Part shown: positions 32,601-43,608 of the stretch, in pieces | How positions within the stretch are numbered: position 1 is the stretch's first letter | Layout of the letters: each line of letters starts with the position of its first letter | Source of the DNA: Thraustochytrium aureum | Taxonomy: Eukaryota | NCBI GenBank assembly: GCA_012862495.1 | Contig: BLSG01000402.1 | Span: 510,660-574,659, forward strand | Direction: 5' to 3' | DNA: 64,000 bases | Program-made: the position numbers and the translations under genes | Notes under the pieces: model-generated | Told to the model about the DNA's origin: nothing | What the model saw: only the letters and a program-made list of their open reading frames with translations | Databases searched by the model: none

Positions 32601-33035
32601 GTCGCAAAGCGTAAAAATCAGCTCGTTCCGCTCGTTAACCAATGTGGCCCAGTCTTCGTCGACACAGACCTCAAAGACGCCGCGCCAGGACCGAAATTCG
32701 GCTACCTTCGTTGCCTCGTCCTCTGCTTCGATCCCATCAGTTTGCTGCCCAGGCGCCGCGGCGCCACCACCGATGGCTTCTTCGGCGCCTTTCGGATCCT
32801 CGAAGAGGTTGGCCTCGTCCACGTCACCGACGCTCCATTCTGCCCACCTCGGCGTCGTCGTGCTCGTGCGTGTCCCAGGGAGCGCAAACCGCAGAGTCCA
32901 AGGCGTCGCCTCTTGCCTATCGGCAAACGCAACGCTTACGACGATAGCAACCTTGACATTCTGCGCCAAGAGCATCTCCTCGTCGTCCGTCGCCTCAATA
33001 CTGGCGTCGTCAGCGCCGCCCTCATCCGTCGCCAT
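29667..33035 (-). CDS. Conserved hypothetical protein, CFAP92/KIAA1257-like (cilia-associated); 3' end may be truncated by a frameshift
   Basis: Long open frame; IEIHDRD, LFERLVLLFEY, LDIVTGFQVVD...LVLEGL, YSGQKLNI and YTYS blocks recalled from this family. Confidence 0.65.
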   Translation of the reverse strand: MATDEGGADDASIEATDDEEMLLAQNVKVAIVVSVAFADRQEATPWTLRFALPGTRTSTTTPRWAEWSVGDVDEANLFEDPKGAEEAIGGGAAAPGQQTDGIEAEDEATKVAEFRSWRGVFEVCVDEDWATLVNERNELIFTLCDDQGAWEDAIAVDISPLLDGDLRVERHFGNLGGPKASYFGPVPFGGGELAAARILVCTDRPALSQRLCALLNPLSIDVLSVRPLPGLIVEAGNAHMAPFVTDPITKSHDPFMLQKKHCLPVYATLRAMPGILAQDRVARSVPLRHGTNKLRLGLKTTFLVGGMNRDTVAELLEVSPIQIEIHDRDVDLVTTQSRLVAHRARYKKLYAPVLSRAQAEAESTAVTESAGHKKGGKEAAAAQGSDDEEDAQKASPEDEPRETLQDLDFRAWRDYCRIIDEHSRQQARGQAFVSLDELWSSSRELVDRLARDLHERDPVAFSASRRAAEIKIRAAVAPLKRDVPVGGEVERAELDLTDAEHLVRQPGRYFEAGTEVRVAASITHPLHHHRLSLPVHSRKLLCNNAEAPGEAAVAGMGRAQSAALVPRRPLFERLVLLFEYGERDLMLKIRGALQTLNMEAIPGAESLRSYQLTTEESQAAAAGDLDIVTGFQVVDDEFRMLVLEGLGDGAIRRLRDKLPRFRNNEQCTLLSNSLVRYTSRLYTAFDIDLKVIRLRDPLRYILLTPEIYDSFKVDALCQSALLRLAELRSTRRSAVLSRNQVFPTVEMLSRLESKYGESVSIEDLDGVPKQPKRRSYMSPRKATEAQEEARKSDNSAPGTLAHPNQRPDSGGEKASKSHTAQGARRKAATDSRNQAFELARANRETRDFMEERRARRREIGKRVQERLAARSEADEEILRLFGGPNGEAFMYSGQKLNIVERQQDELRRRLSKHGKVTYTYSREFQSLGFSLVNEEQVARDEDKRNREQFLTKRGFVYPAIRSAKEDRRPRNPVSASRVEELRRPWEEPKPAHLQNANLGPNFDCIPTNDFVLFGGYNEDGSRNPDFFKSVHLSGDDVLLAEKEAQVRAKEEWRAKVVVENLTFRPHQGLKTDKPGQLDKIRDILATKPRKRGIRIVRNATLPSGKPVPLCTPPVSIHLPSHQ

Positions 33036-33303
33036 AGCGTCCCGTTTATCCTGCACCACGGCGACCCAATCAGCCGCACTTCGCCAGCTGCTTCGCAGTC
33101 CGGCGACCACCCGCGCTCGATCAACCCAGCGCCGCGCGTTCTGCCGCCCGCCCAACACATCGTCCTTCCTGCAACGGATTCAATCAATTCCTTCCGCCCT
33201 TCCTTTCTTCCGTCAACGAACGGACCCAACGGATATATCGCATTCGACCCTGGCACAGGACGTTGAGGCGCGGGCCGCCAGCGAGGCCGAGCAGAGCTAG
33301 CAA

Positions 33304-33715
33304 GCGGTTTGTGTGCTCCAGGGCCCCGCGGCACAGGTCTTCGGGCAGCCGGCAGTGCTCGGCGCCAACTGAGCCGTCGATCGCCGGGCGGTTTGTGTGC
33401 TCCAGGCCCCNNNNNNNNNNNNNNNNNNNNNNNNNNNNNNNNNNNNNNNNNNNNNNNNNNNNNNNNNNNNNNNNNNGGAGCAGCCTCGTTGGTGGAGTGT
33501 GGCGCGTCGTCGATCGGAGGGCGCTTGGAGAGGCTGCGGCGGAGCGCCGCAAGGCTCAGGGTCGAGCTCCCTCGAATTGGCGGGACATACGGCATCGCTG
33601 GTGGAGCTTGGCGCATACGCAACGATTCAGCGTCGTTGGTGGAGCGTGTCGTGTTGCGCTGGAGTTGGCGACGATACAGCATCGCTGGCGGAGCCCGGCG
33701 CGTACGCGAGTTGGC
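33304..33715. repeat. Two degenerate repeat families flanking a gap in a divergent intergenic region
   Basis: GCGGTTTGTGTGCTCCAGG at 33304 and 33388; GCNTCGYTGGYGGAG-like units near 33483, 33592, 33630 and 33679. Confidence 0.7.
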
Positions 33716-33793
33716 CGACGAAACAGTGCCCTTGTAATTGTGGAGCACCCGGGCTGCGGGGTTTGGCTTTCGGAGCCGCCGGCGGACGGCAGG

Positions 33794-34405
33794 ATGGAGG
33801 GTGCAGTCTATGTGTCGCGGCGATCGCGCAAGGCGGAGGAGGCCGGCGTGTCTACGATCGGGGCGTGGCGGAATGCGAAGGGGTCAGCAGGGCTTGAAGC
33901 GATCAGAGTAGACGGCGATGAAGAGGAGCGCAAGGAAGACGAGGCGCCGGACGACTGGCCAGCGAGCCCCATCGAAACAAGCGCCGAGAAGCTCGCCGCG
34001 CTGCTCGACTTGGCTCAGGTCGAAGGCGGTGAGTTGTGGAAGCGGCGCACTGCGCAGCTTGTTAAAAATCTATCTAGCGAAATCGACCGCGTCCTTGCCT
34101 ACGACGCGGCCGGCGAGAAGGCGGAGGACGAAGCGCCAGCAAACCCTGCAGGGGCCGAAAGGACAGACGAAGTGGACAGCATCGCAGGGCGTGTTGAAGG
34201 GCTCATTAATGCTCTCGGCGAGAGCGCCGCGTCCCCGCCCGCGCAGGCTGATGGCGAAACGGCGCTGCTCAAGTCCGAGGAAGCGCACCCAATGGACGTG
34301 GGAGACGACTTGGAGTCACTCTTGAGCTATCTTAGTGACGGCGGCGAGGAACAAGCGTCCGCAAGCTCGGCGGCAAGCGCCCAGCGGCAGCGACGTGGCC
34401 AATGA
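33794..34405 (+). CDS. Acidic hypothetical protein (possibly the N-terminal half of the next ORF)
   Basis: ATG at 33794, coding-like composition; TGA overlaps the next ATG (ATGA at 34402-34405). Confidence 0.55.
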   Translation: MEGAVYVSRRSRKAEEAGVSTIGAWRNAKGSAGLEAIRVDGDEEERKEDEAPDDWPASPIETSAEKLAALLDLAQVEGGELWKRRTAQLVKNLSSEIDRVLAYDAAGEKAEDEAPANPAGAERTDEVDSIAGRVEGLINALGESAASPPAQADGETALLKSEEAHPMDVGDDLESLLSYLSDGGEEQASASSAASAQRQRRGQ

Positions 34406-35259
34406 GCACCCCTTCAAGCGCTTTGACGCCGTTCGAAATCTGGCAGCGCTCGCGTCAACATCACGAAGTCCGGAAACCGCGAAAAGCACTCACAGAGGCC
34501 GAATGGGCCACAGTAGTAGAGCGGATGGGCAAGTACCAACAAGACAAGGAGATAGCTCGTATGCGTGCCCAGCACAAAGTGCTCGGTGAGGAGCTCAAGT
34601 CGCTGCACTTCCACCCCGAAATCAACCAAAAGTCGCGCACTATGGTCTGCGTGGAGCCACTGCACGAGCGTCTGGAGGCCGTCATCAGCCACAAGACCAA
34701 ACGGATTGAGATGGAGCGGCAGCGATTGCTTGCAGCAGAAGCTGCGCAGTGCACCGGCATGCCGAAAACGAACAAGTCGCGCCGCTGGAAGGCGCGTGTG
34801 TCGAAAAAGTACGTGCTTGCGTTCCAGAACGAGTACCAGGAGGAGGACGCCGAGCTCACCTTCTCGCCAATGGTCAACAAAGTCTCGGCGAGGATGGTTG
34901 CGGAGGCCGCGCGCCGAGGGACGCGGCTCGACGTGACAAGTACGCGCCAGCGCTCGACGCGTCGCAACTCGTACTCACCAGAGCGGCCGACCTTCCAGCC
35001 GAAAATCAACGCAAGGTCGCGAGCTGTGCGGCGGGGGCCGGGGCCTGTGCACGACCGGCTTTTCAAGATCCCCCTCCGGCCGGACACGGCCCCGATGCTA
35101 AAACTGATGCCTGGCCGGGCCGTGGGTGGAAGGCATGACTCGGAACGTTGTGGGTTGAGCGTTGAGGCAGGCAAGAACGAGGTTGTCTTTTGCCCCGACC
35201 GGCACAGCTTTATCATCGCCCACATCCGCGCCCGCGAAGCGGCGTTAGAGTCCAGGTAG
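34402..35259 (+). CDS. Basic protein with repeated TFxPxIN motifs (putative cytoskeletal/ciliary)
   Basis: FHPEINQKSR, CTGMPKTNKSR, LTFSPMVNKVS and PTFQPKINARS repeats; LHERL/VHDRL motifs. Confidence 0.65.
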   Translation: MSTPSSALTPFEIWQRSRQHHEVRKPRKALTEAEWATVVERMGKYQQDKEIARMRAQHKVLGEELKSLHFHPEINQKSRTMVCVEPLHERLEAVISHKTKRIEMERQRLLAAEAAQCTGMPKTNKSRRWKARVSKKYVLAFQNEYQEEDAELTFSPMVNKVSARMVAEAARRGTRLDVTSTRQRSTRRNSYSPERPTFQPKINARSRAVRRGPGPVHDRLFKIPLRPDTAPMLKLMPGRAVGGRHDSERCGLSVEAGKNEVVFCPDRHSFIIAHIRAREAALESR

Positions 35260-35500
35260 GTTTTCAGCCGCGAACGAACGCCTGGCCAGCGCATCTCTAG
35301 CTCTAGAGAGAAGACATCATGATCAAGACATCTACCGAGATAGACGTCAATCAGCAAGGAGTGAAAGTTAGGAGAAAAATAAAAACTCCCGGCTCTGGCT
35401 CTTGCGGAGCCTCCCTGCGCGTTACGTTAGTCGAAGTTCCTGTTGTGGCTGCTGTTAGTTGCAGTCCCTACTGCTCCCGACGTTGGAAGCGTCGGGCGAT

Positions 35501-36672
35501 TTACAGGTCGAGCGCCTGGGACGTGATGTGAACGGTCTCGCGAGCGTTGCCCTGACGCACGACCTCCATCTCGTACGTCTTGCCAACGTCGTAGCCAATC
35601 GCCCTTGTCAGGTCTTGCACCGCCTTAACCTTTTGCCATCGAACTCGACGATCACGTCTCCGGGGCGCACCCCAGCCTGTGCCGCGGGCGACTCTGGCGC
35701 GACGTTTACGACGAGTAGCCCGGCCTCGACGTCTGGAAACGACTGGCGGTGTCGCTTTTCGTACCGAATCAGCGCCTTGTTGAGCGCGGCCATGCGCAAG
35801 CCGAGAAACGGGCGCACGACCTTGCCGGTGTCCCGCAGCTGGCTAAGCACGAGCCAGGCAGTGTTGATTGGGATGGCAAAGCCGATCCCGTCCCCGCCCG
35901 CGACCTTCATCGTGTTAATGCCAACAACCTCGCCGTTCAAGTTGATGAGCGGCCCGCCGCTGTTCCCTACGTTGATCGCGCAGTCAGTCTGCAAGTAGTC
36001 GGTTCGAGACTGGGTGAGGCCCAGTTCGCTCGCGCCGCGCGCCACCGAGCTGACGATGCCTGCCGTGACGCTGTTCTGCATGTTGAGAGGGCTGCCTAAC
36101 GCGATGACAAACTCGCCGGGTCTGAGAAGTGCGCTGTCGCCAATCGCCATCACTGGGAGCGGGCTCTCCAGAGGCTCGTCTACGATGACCAGAGCCAGGT
36201 CCGACATCGGGTCCGAGGCGTAGACGCGACCGCGGTACTGGCGCCCATCGTTCAGGGTGATGTTGAGCACTCTGGCGCTCTTGACGACGTGCGCATTGGT
36301 CGCGATCAGCCCGTCGCTGCGAATGACAAACCCGGAGCCTGCTGATTGGACCATCTGGCCCCAAGGCCCCTGCTGCACTGCGCTGATGTTGACGAGCGCG
36401 GGAATCGCCACCTCGGCCGCATCGGCGATAAAGTTTGGCCCAAACGCGCGATCCCCGAGCAGCGCCTCACACTCGGCGCGCTGCGTCTCGCCCTGGCTCA
36501 CGGCCCACGCAGCAGCGGCGAATCCAACGCCGGCAGCGCCAACCGCAGCGTGCGCTGCGCCGCGCCACCACCTTGCGCCTCCGGCCTGGCGCTCTGCCGC
36601 GCCCTTGACGTGCAACCGCGCGCGCTGCGACACGAGCCGCGCCTGCCGCGCAAGGCCGCCCCGAAGCATCAT
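35501..36672 (-). CDS. HTRA2: HtrA/DegP-family serine protease with PDZ domain, mitochondrial HtrA2-like; frameshift ~35632
   Basis: GSGF, TNAHVV, SDLA, LQTDCAINVGNSGGPL, PDZ (SPAAQAGVRPGDVI); Arg-rich presequence plus TM; one extra A in an A4 run gives ...KKVKAVQDLTRAIG...QALDL-stop at 35501. Confidence 0.9.
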
Positions 36673-36744
36673 CCTGCACGCTGCAGCGTCCAGCCAGAAG
36701 CCACCGCAACCGCCCCGTCTCGAGCTGCGATCCAAGCCGAGCAA

Positions 36745-36773
36745 GCGAGCGAGCGAGCGAGCGAGCGAGCGAG
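36745..36773. repeat. (GCGA)n microsatellite
   Basis: About 7 copies just upstream of the HtrA start. Confidence 0.9.
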
Positions 36774-37353
36774 TCTGTTCGACCCGGCCGACGAGGCAGC
36801 ACACGCCGTGCGCGCCGGCGCCAAGCTCGGCGTCCGCGTTGGCACCGCGCGAACAAACGAAAACAGCGAGCTCACCAGGAACAAAAAGAGCGATCACCAC
36901 GACGAACGAGAGAACAATCTCTCCTGACTCTTGACGTTCAATATACATAAAACAAGGGAGNNNNNNNNNNNNNNNNNNNNNNNNNNNNNNNNNNNNNNNN
37001 NNNNNNNNNNNNNNNNNNNNNNNNNNNNNNNNNNNNNNNNNNNNNNNNNNNNNNNNNNNNNNNNNNNNNNNNNNNNNNNNNNNNNNNNNNNNNNNNNNNN
37101 NNNNNNNNNNNNNNNNNNNNNNNNNNNNNNNNNNNNNNNNNNNNNNNNNNNNNNNNNNNNNNNNNNNNNNNNNNNNNNNNNNNNNNNNNNNNNNNNNNNN
37201 NNNNNNNNNNNNNNNNNNNNNNNNNNNNNNNNNNNNNNNNNNNNNNNNNNNNNNNNNNNNNNNNNNNNNNNNNNNNNNNNNNNNCTTGCGAGGCAGAGGA
37301 GCAGGTCTTGCGAGGCAGTGTCGAACGGCTTGCGCGGGCGCCTGGGAGTCAGC

Positions 37354-40300
37354 ATGTCGGCGGCGACGGAGCACGTGCTGGTGCGCAGCCTGCCCTGGCG
37401 GGCGGATAGCGCCAAGCCGGAGGTTGTGGAGGAGGTGCTGAATGACCTGCGCAAGGGGGTCGAAGGGCGCGACGAGAAGCTCTGCTCGATCGCGTGCCGC
37501 AAGCTCTCGATTTACCTCGAGCTGAAGGGGGCGCTGAGCTTGGACAAGCGCGGCGCGCTGGTCGAGGTGCTCGGAGAATGGCTAGCGGTCGAGTCGGCCA
37601 CGCTGTTCACGCAGATCAAGGTCCTCAAGACGATCCGCAAGTTGATTTGCAAACGCAGGGTGGGGCTCGCGGTTACGCTCTCGTGGCGCACGCTCTGGGA
37701 GCTGTGCAAAAGCGTGCACATGCGCAGCGAAGGCAACGGCGAGGTCGCGAGCAGCAACATGCGCTCAACGCACGCCGCAGAGCTGGCCGCGGTGTGCGCT
37801 GCAACGCGGCGGTACCTGCCCGAGGCTGCCATCGACCAAGTGTGCGAAGAAGCTTACTCATACATGGAGGACCCGCTCTCGCGGGACCTGTTCAAGGGCC
37901 AAGTACTGCTCGGCTTGCTTCTCCCCTCCGTGCGCAGCGACAAGTATGCTGCTCACGTCGAACGCTGGGTGTTTCAGGAGTGGGAAAAGATCGGCCAGTG
38001 CAGCGAGTGGGACACCACCTGGCTCCAGCTCGTCAAGCGCGCCCTCAAGTGGGGCGGCACCGAGGGCTGGCTCGGCGCCGACATGGTGAGCGCCCTTTCG
38101 CGCCGTGTGCTAAACTCTCTGCAGCTCCCGCCCCCGAGCATGTACTCGGTCCCGCCGCGCACGAATCGGCCTTCATTCCTGCGGCACTTTTCCACCGCAG
38201 AGTCGAGCCAGTCGTACGGGTCCAAGGTGGCCGTGTTTCTGCTCGGCTGCGGGACGGCAGAAGAGTTTTACGCCGTGCCCAAAGAGTTTGGGGACCTGTC
38301 GGCAACGAGCGAGGAGGAGCTCGCGGCCTGTCACGAAAGCGACAAAGAGCTGAGCGCGGGGCTCCTCGAGCTCCGCCGCCTTCTTAGCTCGACGCAGACG
38401 CTCTTCCACCCCAGCAACGCAGGCCGCCACGCCTCTAGCGCGGCTTCGTTTGCCGAAGGGCTGTGTTTCGCCTTCGCCAAGCGCCTCGGGCGCGAGCGCG
38501 CGCGCGGCGGTACGGGGCCCTTGCCTACGCTGACGCACGCCGACAAGGCTGCACTTGTTGAGGCGCTCCTTCCGCTCGTCACCATGGCGTGCTACTCGAA
38601 GGTGCGTGGCGTGCAGCACTCGGCGCAGACCTGCCTTGCTCAGCTGGCTTTCGTGGCCCCCGTCACGGTGCACGGGCACTTTCTGCCCAAGATCGCTGGC
38701 GCGCTCGATGCGGACAACCTCAACCAGACGCACCAAGCCCCTGCTGCCATCAAGATGCTCACAGTCTTGCTGCAGCCCCTCCTGCAAGCGCGCCCGCTCC
38801 TCGCTGACTCGCTGCCGGAACTTCTCGAGCTGGCGCTTCCGGGCCTCGACCCGAACGACGTGAGCAAGACGATGACCACCTGCATGCTTTTCCAGGTCGT
38901 GCTGAGCTGGGTGCCCATCGTTGACGTAGAAAAGCTAGAGTATCCTGGGAGCTCTGGGCTCGGGCTGGCCACAGACTCGCTCAGTTTTGCCGCGTCCTAC
39001 GGCGTAGACGACCCCGTGGCCGAAGCGCAGCAGGACGACGCCCCACTGCGCGACGCCATGTGGCGTGGCGCGCCCGTGCTCTGCGAGTGGGCAATGGGTT
39101 GCCTGGACCGCATCTTGGCCTTCATCGACAACCAAGTGCAGCGGGCCAAGGGCGGGATGGCCGCCCAACTGGACAACGCAGTGTTTAGCGGCATGGCTCT
39201 CACCGCACGGCTTCTCCTGGCGCAGATGAGCCCCGCGGTCCTTCGCCGCGCCGGCGAGCGCCTCAACGCGTGGGCGCTCGACTCGGTCAACCTTGACGCG
39301 CTCCGCGAGGCCAAGGCCGTCGTGCGTTCGTACGCCTCCGCCGTGGTGGCCTCGCGCGACGGCGCGCTCGTGGACGACGTGCTAGTGGCTGGGCTCTTGC
39401 AGCCGGCGCTCGCCATGGCGCTCTCGCCCGAGACGTCTGAGCGCAAGCTGGAGTGGGCTCTAAACTTGGTTGGCGCGATCGTCCGTGTGGGAGGCGAGTA
39501 CCTGGTACCTTTCGAGGAGGACATTGTCGGCGTCGTGGACTTTGCCCTCGAGCACGAGGAGGGCAAGATCCGCAAGCTCGGCGGAAAGGTGCTGCGCCGC
39601 ACGATGCGCGGGCTCAGTCAGCACTACATCCTGTCGCGCTCAAGCACGACCGCACTGGAGAGCCGGGGACGCCCGTGCCTTGGCGATCGCTGCTGTGAGC
39701 TGGGGTCAGCCGACGAGCTGGACGGAGACCTGCGAGTCGGCCAGCTGGCACACGCCGACAAAGAGCGAGGTCGCCGTAGCGACGCGGCTCCGCGACAAGT
39801 ACCTCGCCTCGGCGCTGCGAGACGTCGCGGCGGCCGCGTCCGAGTCCAAGCCGAGCGCGGTTTGGCGCAACAAGCTCGAGGTGCTGTTTCAGGTGGCTCG
39901 CGGAATGGCCTCATTTACGCTCGAGCGTCCCGAACGCGAACAAGTGGTCCGCGCCGCCTGCGATGCGCTCGATTGGCTCTTGACTTCTCGCGAGGCAGAC
40001 ACGGTTTCGCAGAGGCGCGCGATCAAGACAGTCCGCGTCATGCTGACCTGCTTTGGATCCAACACGTCCAGCGCTTCCAAGCTGGGCGGTCGCAAGATGT
40101 GGTTCCGATACATGAGGCATGCGACGACCTCGGCCGCGTACGTGGCCGAGCTGCGCGGCAGGTGCAAGCACGACCTCGTTCCGGACCGCAGCGACTGGGT
40201 TGTCCCTCGCTTCCACCAAGTAGACGACCTGCAGACGTTGCTTCAGTGGCAGTTGCACGAGCTCTCGTTCGAGCAAGCTCGTGCCGCCAAGGACGCCGGC

Positions 40301-42897
40301 GAGGAAGATAGCCTTGAGACTATATTTGACGCTGTCATGAAAGCCGTTTCGCACGACTGGGCTGACACTCGCAAGGCTGCCGACGGTGCGCTGCGCGACA
40401 TCATGTCCAAGTCCCCGTGGCTCGGCAAGGCCCGCGTGGGCCGCATCCTTCCGCGGCTCGTGCCCCGCGCCGGCGACTCGCACGGGCGCGTCCTCGGCGC
40501 AGCGCAGCTGACGTCGTGGAGCAAGGTGGTGCGCTGGGTCGCAGGGGACTGGCGCCTGCTGGACCAGTTTGNNNNNNNNNNNNNNNNNNNNNNNNNNNNN
40601 NNNNNNNNNNNNNNNNNNNNNNNNNNNNNNNNNNNNNNNNNNNNNNNNNNNNNNNNNNNNNNNNNNNNNNNNNNNNNNNNNNNNNNNNNNNNNNNNNNNN
40701 NNNNNNNNNNNNNNNNNNNNNNNNNNNNNNNNNNNNNNNNNNNNNNNNNNNNNNNNNNNNNNNNNNNNNNNNNNNNNNNNNNNNNNNNNNNNNNNNNNNG
40801 CTGGACCAGTTTGTGCGCGCCGCTCTCTTTGAAGCCCCCGACGCTCTGCGTTCCGTCCTTGCCGAGGACAAGCAAAAGGAGGCCACCGACGCAATGCAAA
40901 AGCTTGTGGTCTCGATTCTGGCAGCCTGGACGCGGCTCCCGACCGCGGACCCGCGCGACGAAGAGCGGCGCCGGCGGCTGATCCGCGACGTGACGGACCC
41001 GGCCAACTCGGCCTCGCTTTCTTGGCGCCACCAGATCGCGGTTTGCGTGTTGTTGCGCGCTATCGCTCGTGGCCCCGATCAGGGCGGCGACCCTGCGATT
41101 GATAGCGCCGTCCTGGGCTGGGTCCTTCGACGAGTGTTCTCCGACATGCTCCCGCTGCGCACCGCCGCCATCAATGTTCTGGTGCAGCTCTTGGGCTCCG
41201 TCCCGGCTGGCGACCTTAAGGCGTGCTCGGCGAGGTCGACGTGTTTGGGGCGACCTCGGAGGCGAACGGCGGCAACGACGGCGCTGGGCCTGCTGGGCTT
41301 TTTGCCGCGTCGTCTGCGAGACGCTTGCCCAGAACCACTCCAATGCAACGGTGGCGGTGGACGGAAACTCGAAGGGGATCAAGCAGCGCAATGAGTGGTC
41401 GGCCGGGGTAGGTGACCTGTTGCGGCTGTGCACGTTTCCGGGGTCAAAGTTTGAGCCCAAGACGTGCGTTCCCTCGTACTCGAAGACGTTCGTGACTTCG
41501 CACAAGCTGATGATCGAGGCGCTGGGCCGGATCGCTGGCCCCAAGGAAACGGTGGGCGCCTTTGTGCCGCACCTGAAGCACCTCTTGTTCGAGAACGAGC
41601 ATGTCGCCGAGCACCAGTCTAAAGTGTGCGCTTGCGCCGAGGTGTTCTCGGGCCTGCTCTCCCTTGGGTTGGATGCCGGCCTGCTCGAGATGGCCAACGA
41701 GAAGCTCTTTGACGCCTCCCTGGAGTCCTCGGACGTGTGGCTGGACGCCTACCGGCTGTGCGGCAGCCAGGAGGCCCAGGAGGCCGCCGTGAGCGGGTTC
41801 CTGGCGCCCTCAAGGACGCGCTGGCCGACCGCGGAAGCGTGTCCAAGGGCGTGCTGGCATGCAATATCCAGCGCACGATCCGAGCCATTATCTACGAGCT
41901 CCCCTCGGACACTGCGCGCGGCGTGCTCGGCAAAGTGGTCGACATATGCCTTGGCGCGGCCGACCACGCCTTCGAGAGCGTTCGGCGCGAGCTGGCGCGC
42001 TCGATCGTGGTGTCCGTCGACCTTCACGCGCGGCGGGAGCTGGGCTCCACGAGCGACTGGGTGGATGCCTCGCTGGCGCGGCTGCTGGAAGCGGCCCAGG
42101 CGGGTGCGCAAGGGGAGGGGCGCGACAAGGAGGCCAATTCGGGGTCCCGGTGCTCGAGACGGCGTTGCATTGCGCGATCTCGTTCACCATGGCTGGAGGC
42201 CCAGCGCGTGACACCCACTTGCGCCAGTTTGTGAGCATCGTTTTGGAGGCCCAAGGCCACCCGAACATGGACGTCGGCAAGCTTGCCAAGTCGACCGCCG
42301 GTTGCGTCGCGAGTGCGCAGGTCGGTTCGCAGGGCGCCGCGCTGGCGCTGGCGCGCGCTGTGTACCAAGAGGCCGAAACCGAGGCTGCGCAGACCAACTG
42401 GTACCTGCGGCTTGCCTTGGCGCAGTTGCTCGGGTCGCTGCTCGCAGTCAACGGGTCGCTCTTGGGGTACGCGGTCGCTGGCGTGCATTGCCGCAAGGAG
42501 ATCGAAAAGCTTTTGCGCGATCCTCAGGTCGAGGTGCAGAACAGCGCGAGCGCAACGTTGACTCGCGTCCTGTCCGGGTACCTGTCGTCCTCGCCGAGCC
42601 TCACGGTGACCAAGGACCGCTACATCAAGCTTGCGCGCACCAAGCTAAAGAAGGACCAGTTCAAGACAGAGGACGGCAAGGCCAAGCTGAAGAAGCGCCT
42701 CACGGGCGTGCTGGGCCTCGCCGCGGTGGTCCACGCGTTCCCGTACACGGTGCCGTTTCCGGACGCCGCTGTCGCGATCGCCAAACGCGTCAACGACCCG
42801 AGCCCAATCGGCCCTGCAGCAAAGCTGGGCCTGCAAAGCTTCAAGCACACGCACCAGGACTCGTGGGAGGAGGCCAAGCGGAGCTTCACCACTGAGG
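37354..42897 (+). CDS. PSME4: Proteasome activator PA200/Blm10; several frameshifts, 3' end in gap
   Basis: LFHPSNAG, ALPGLDPNDVSKT, and the C-terminal GVLGLAAVVHAFPY...DPSPI...FKHTHQDSW...FT block; HEAT-like helices; frame changes near 39665, 41220, 41300, 41805 and 42142. Confidence 0.9.
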
Positions 42898-43608
42898 NNN
42901 NNNNNNNNNNNNNNNNNNNNNNNNNNNNNNNNNNNNNNNNNNNNNNNNNNNNNNNNNNNNNNNNNNNNNNNNNNNNNNNNNNNNNNNNNNNNNNNNNNNN
43001 NNNNNNNNNNNNNNNNNNNNNNNNNNNNNNNNNNNNNNNNNNNNNNNNNNNNNNNNNNNNNNNNNNNNNNNNNNNNNNNNNNNNNNNNNNNNNNNNNNNN
43101 NNNNNNNNNNNNNNNNNNNNNNNNNNNNNNNNNNNNNNNNNNNNNNNNNNNNNNNNNNNNNNNNNNNNNNNNNNNNGTCGGGGGGCAGCTTGACACGTTC
43201 GCTTTTGCGCTTCGGCGGTGTAAGCGTGCCTCTACTACAATGTGTACATGCCTGTGGGAGCGCCTGGCGCGGGGTCGTCTTCCTTGTTCGACAATCAATC
43301 AATCAATCTCAACTCTCTTGCGACGCCACGCACACTCGAATGTCCTTTCGGATAAATCGGCCAAAGTAAGCCCGCACGCGCACACCGCCACCAAGGCCGA
43401 GCAGACCTCCTTCGCTCCTTCCCTACGCAGAGCGCAGGCGCGGCAGGAGGTATCGCGCGGGGGCGGCCGTGGAAGAGACGCGAGCGTGGCACGGCGGCTG
43501 CCTTTGTGCGTTGACTGCGCTGCTGTGCACGGACGGACGGACGCACGGACGCACGGAGGCTGTGGTCGAAGGCGGGCGGCTGGCGCGAGTTGTGCACGGC
43601 TGGACGGG

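Noticed and set aside
34402..34405. ATGA stop/start overlap suggesting operon-like translational coupling
   Set aside because: Given the high indel rate, a single frameshifted gene is the simpler explanation
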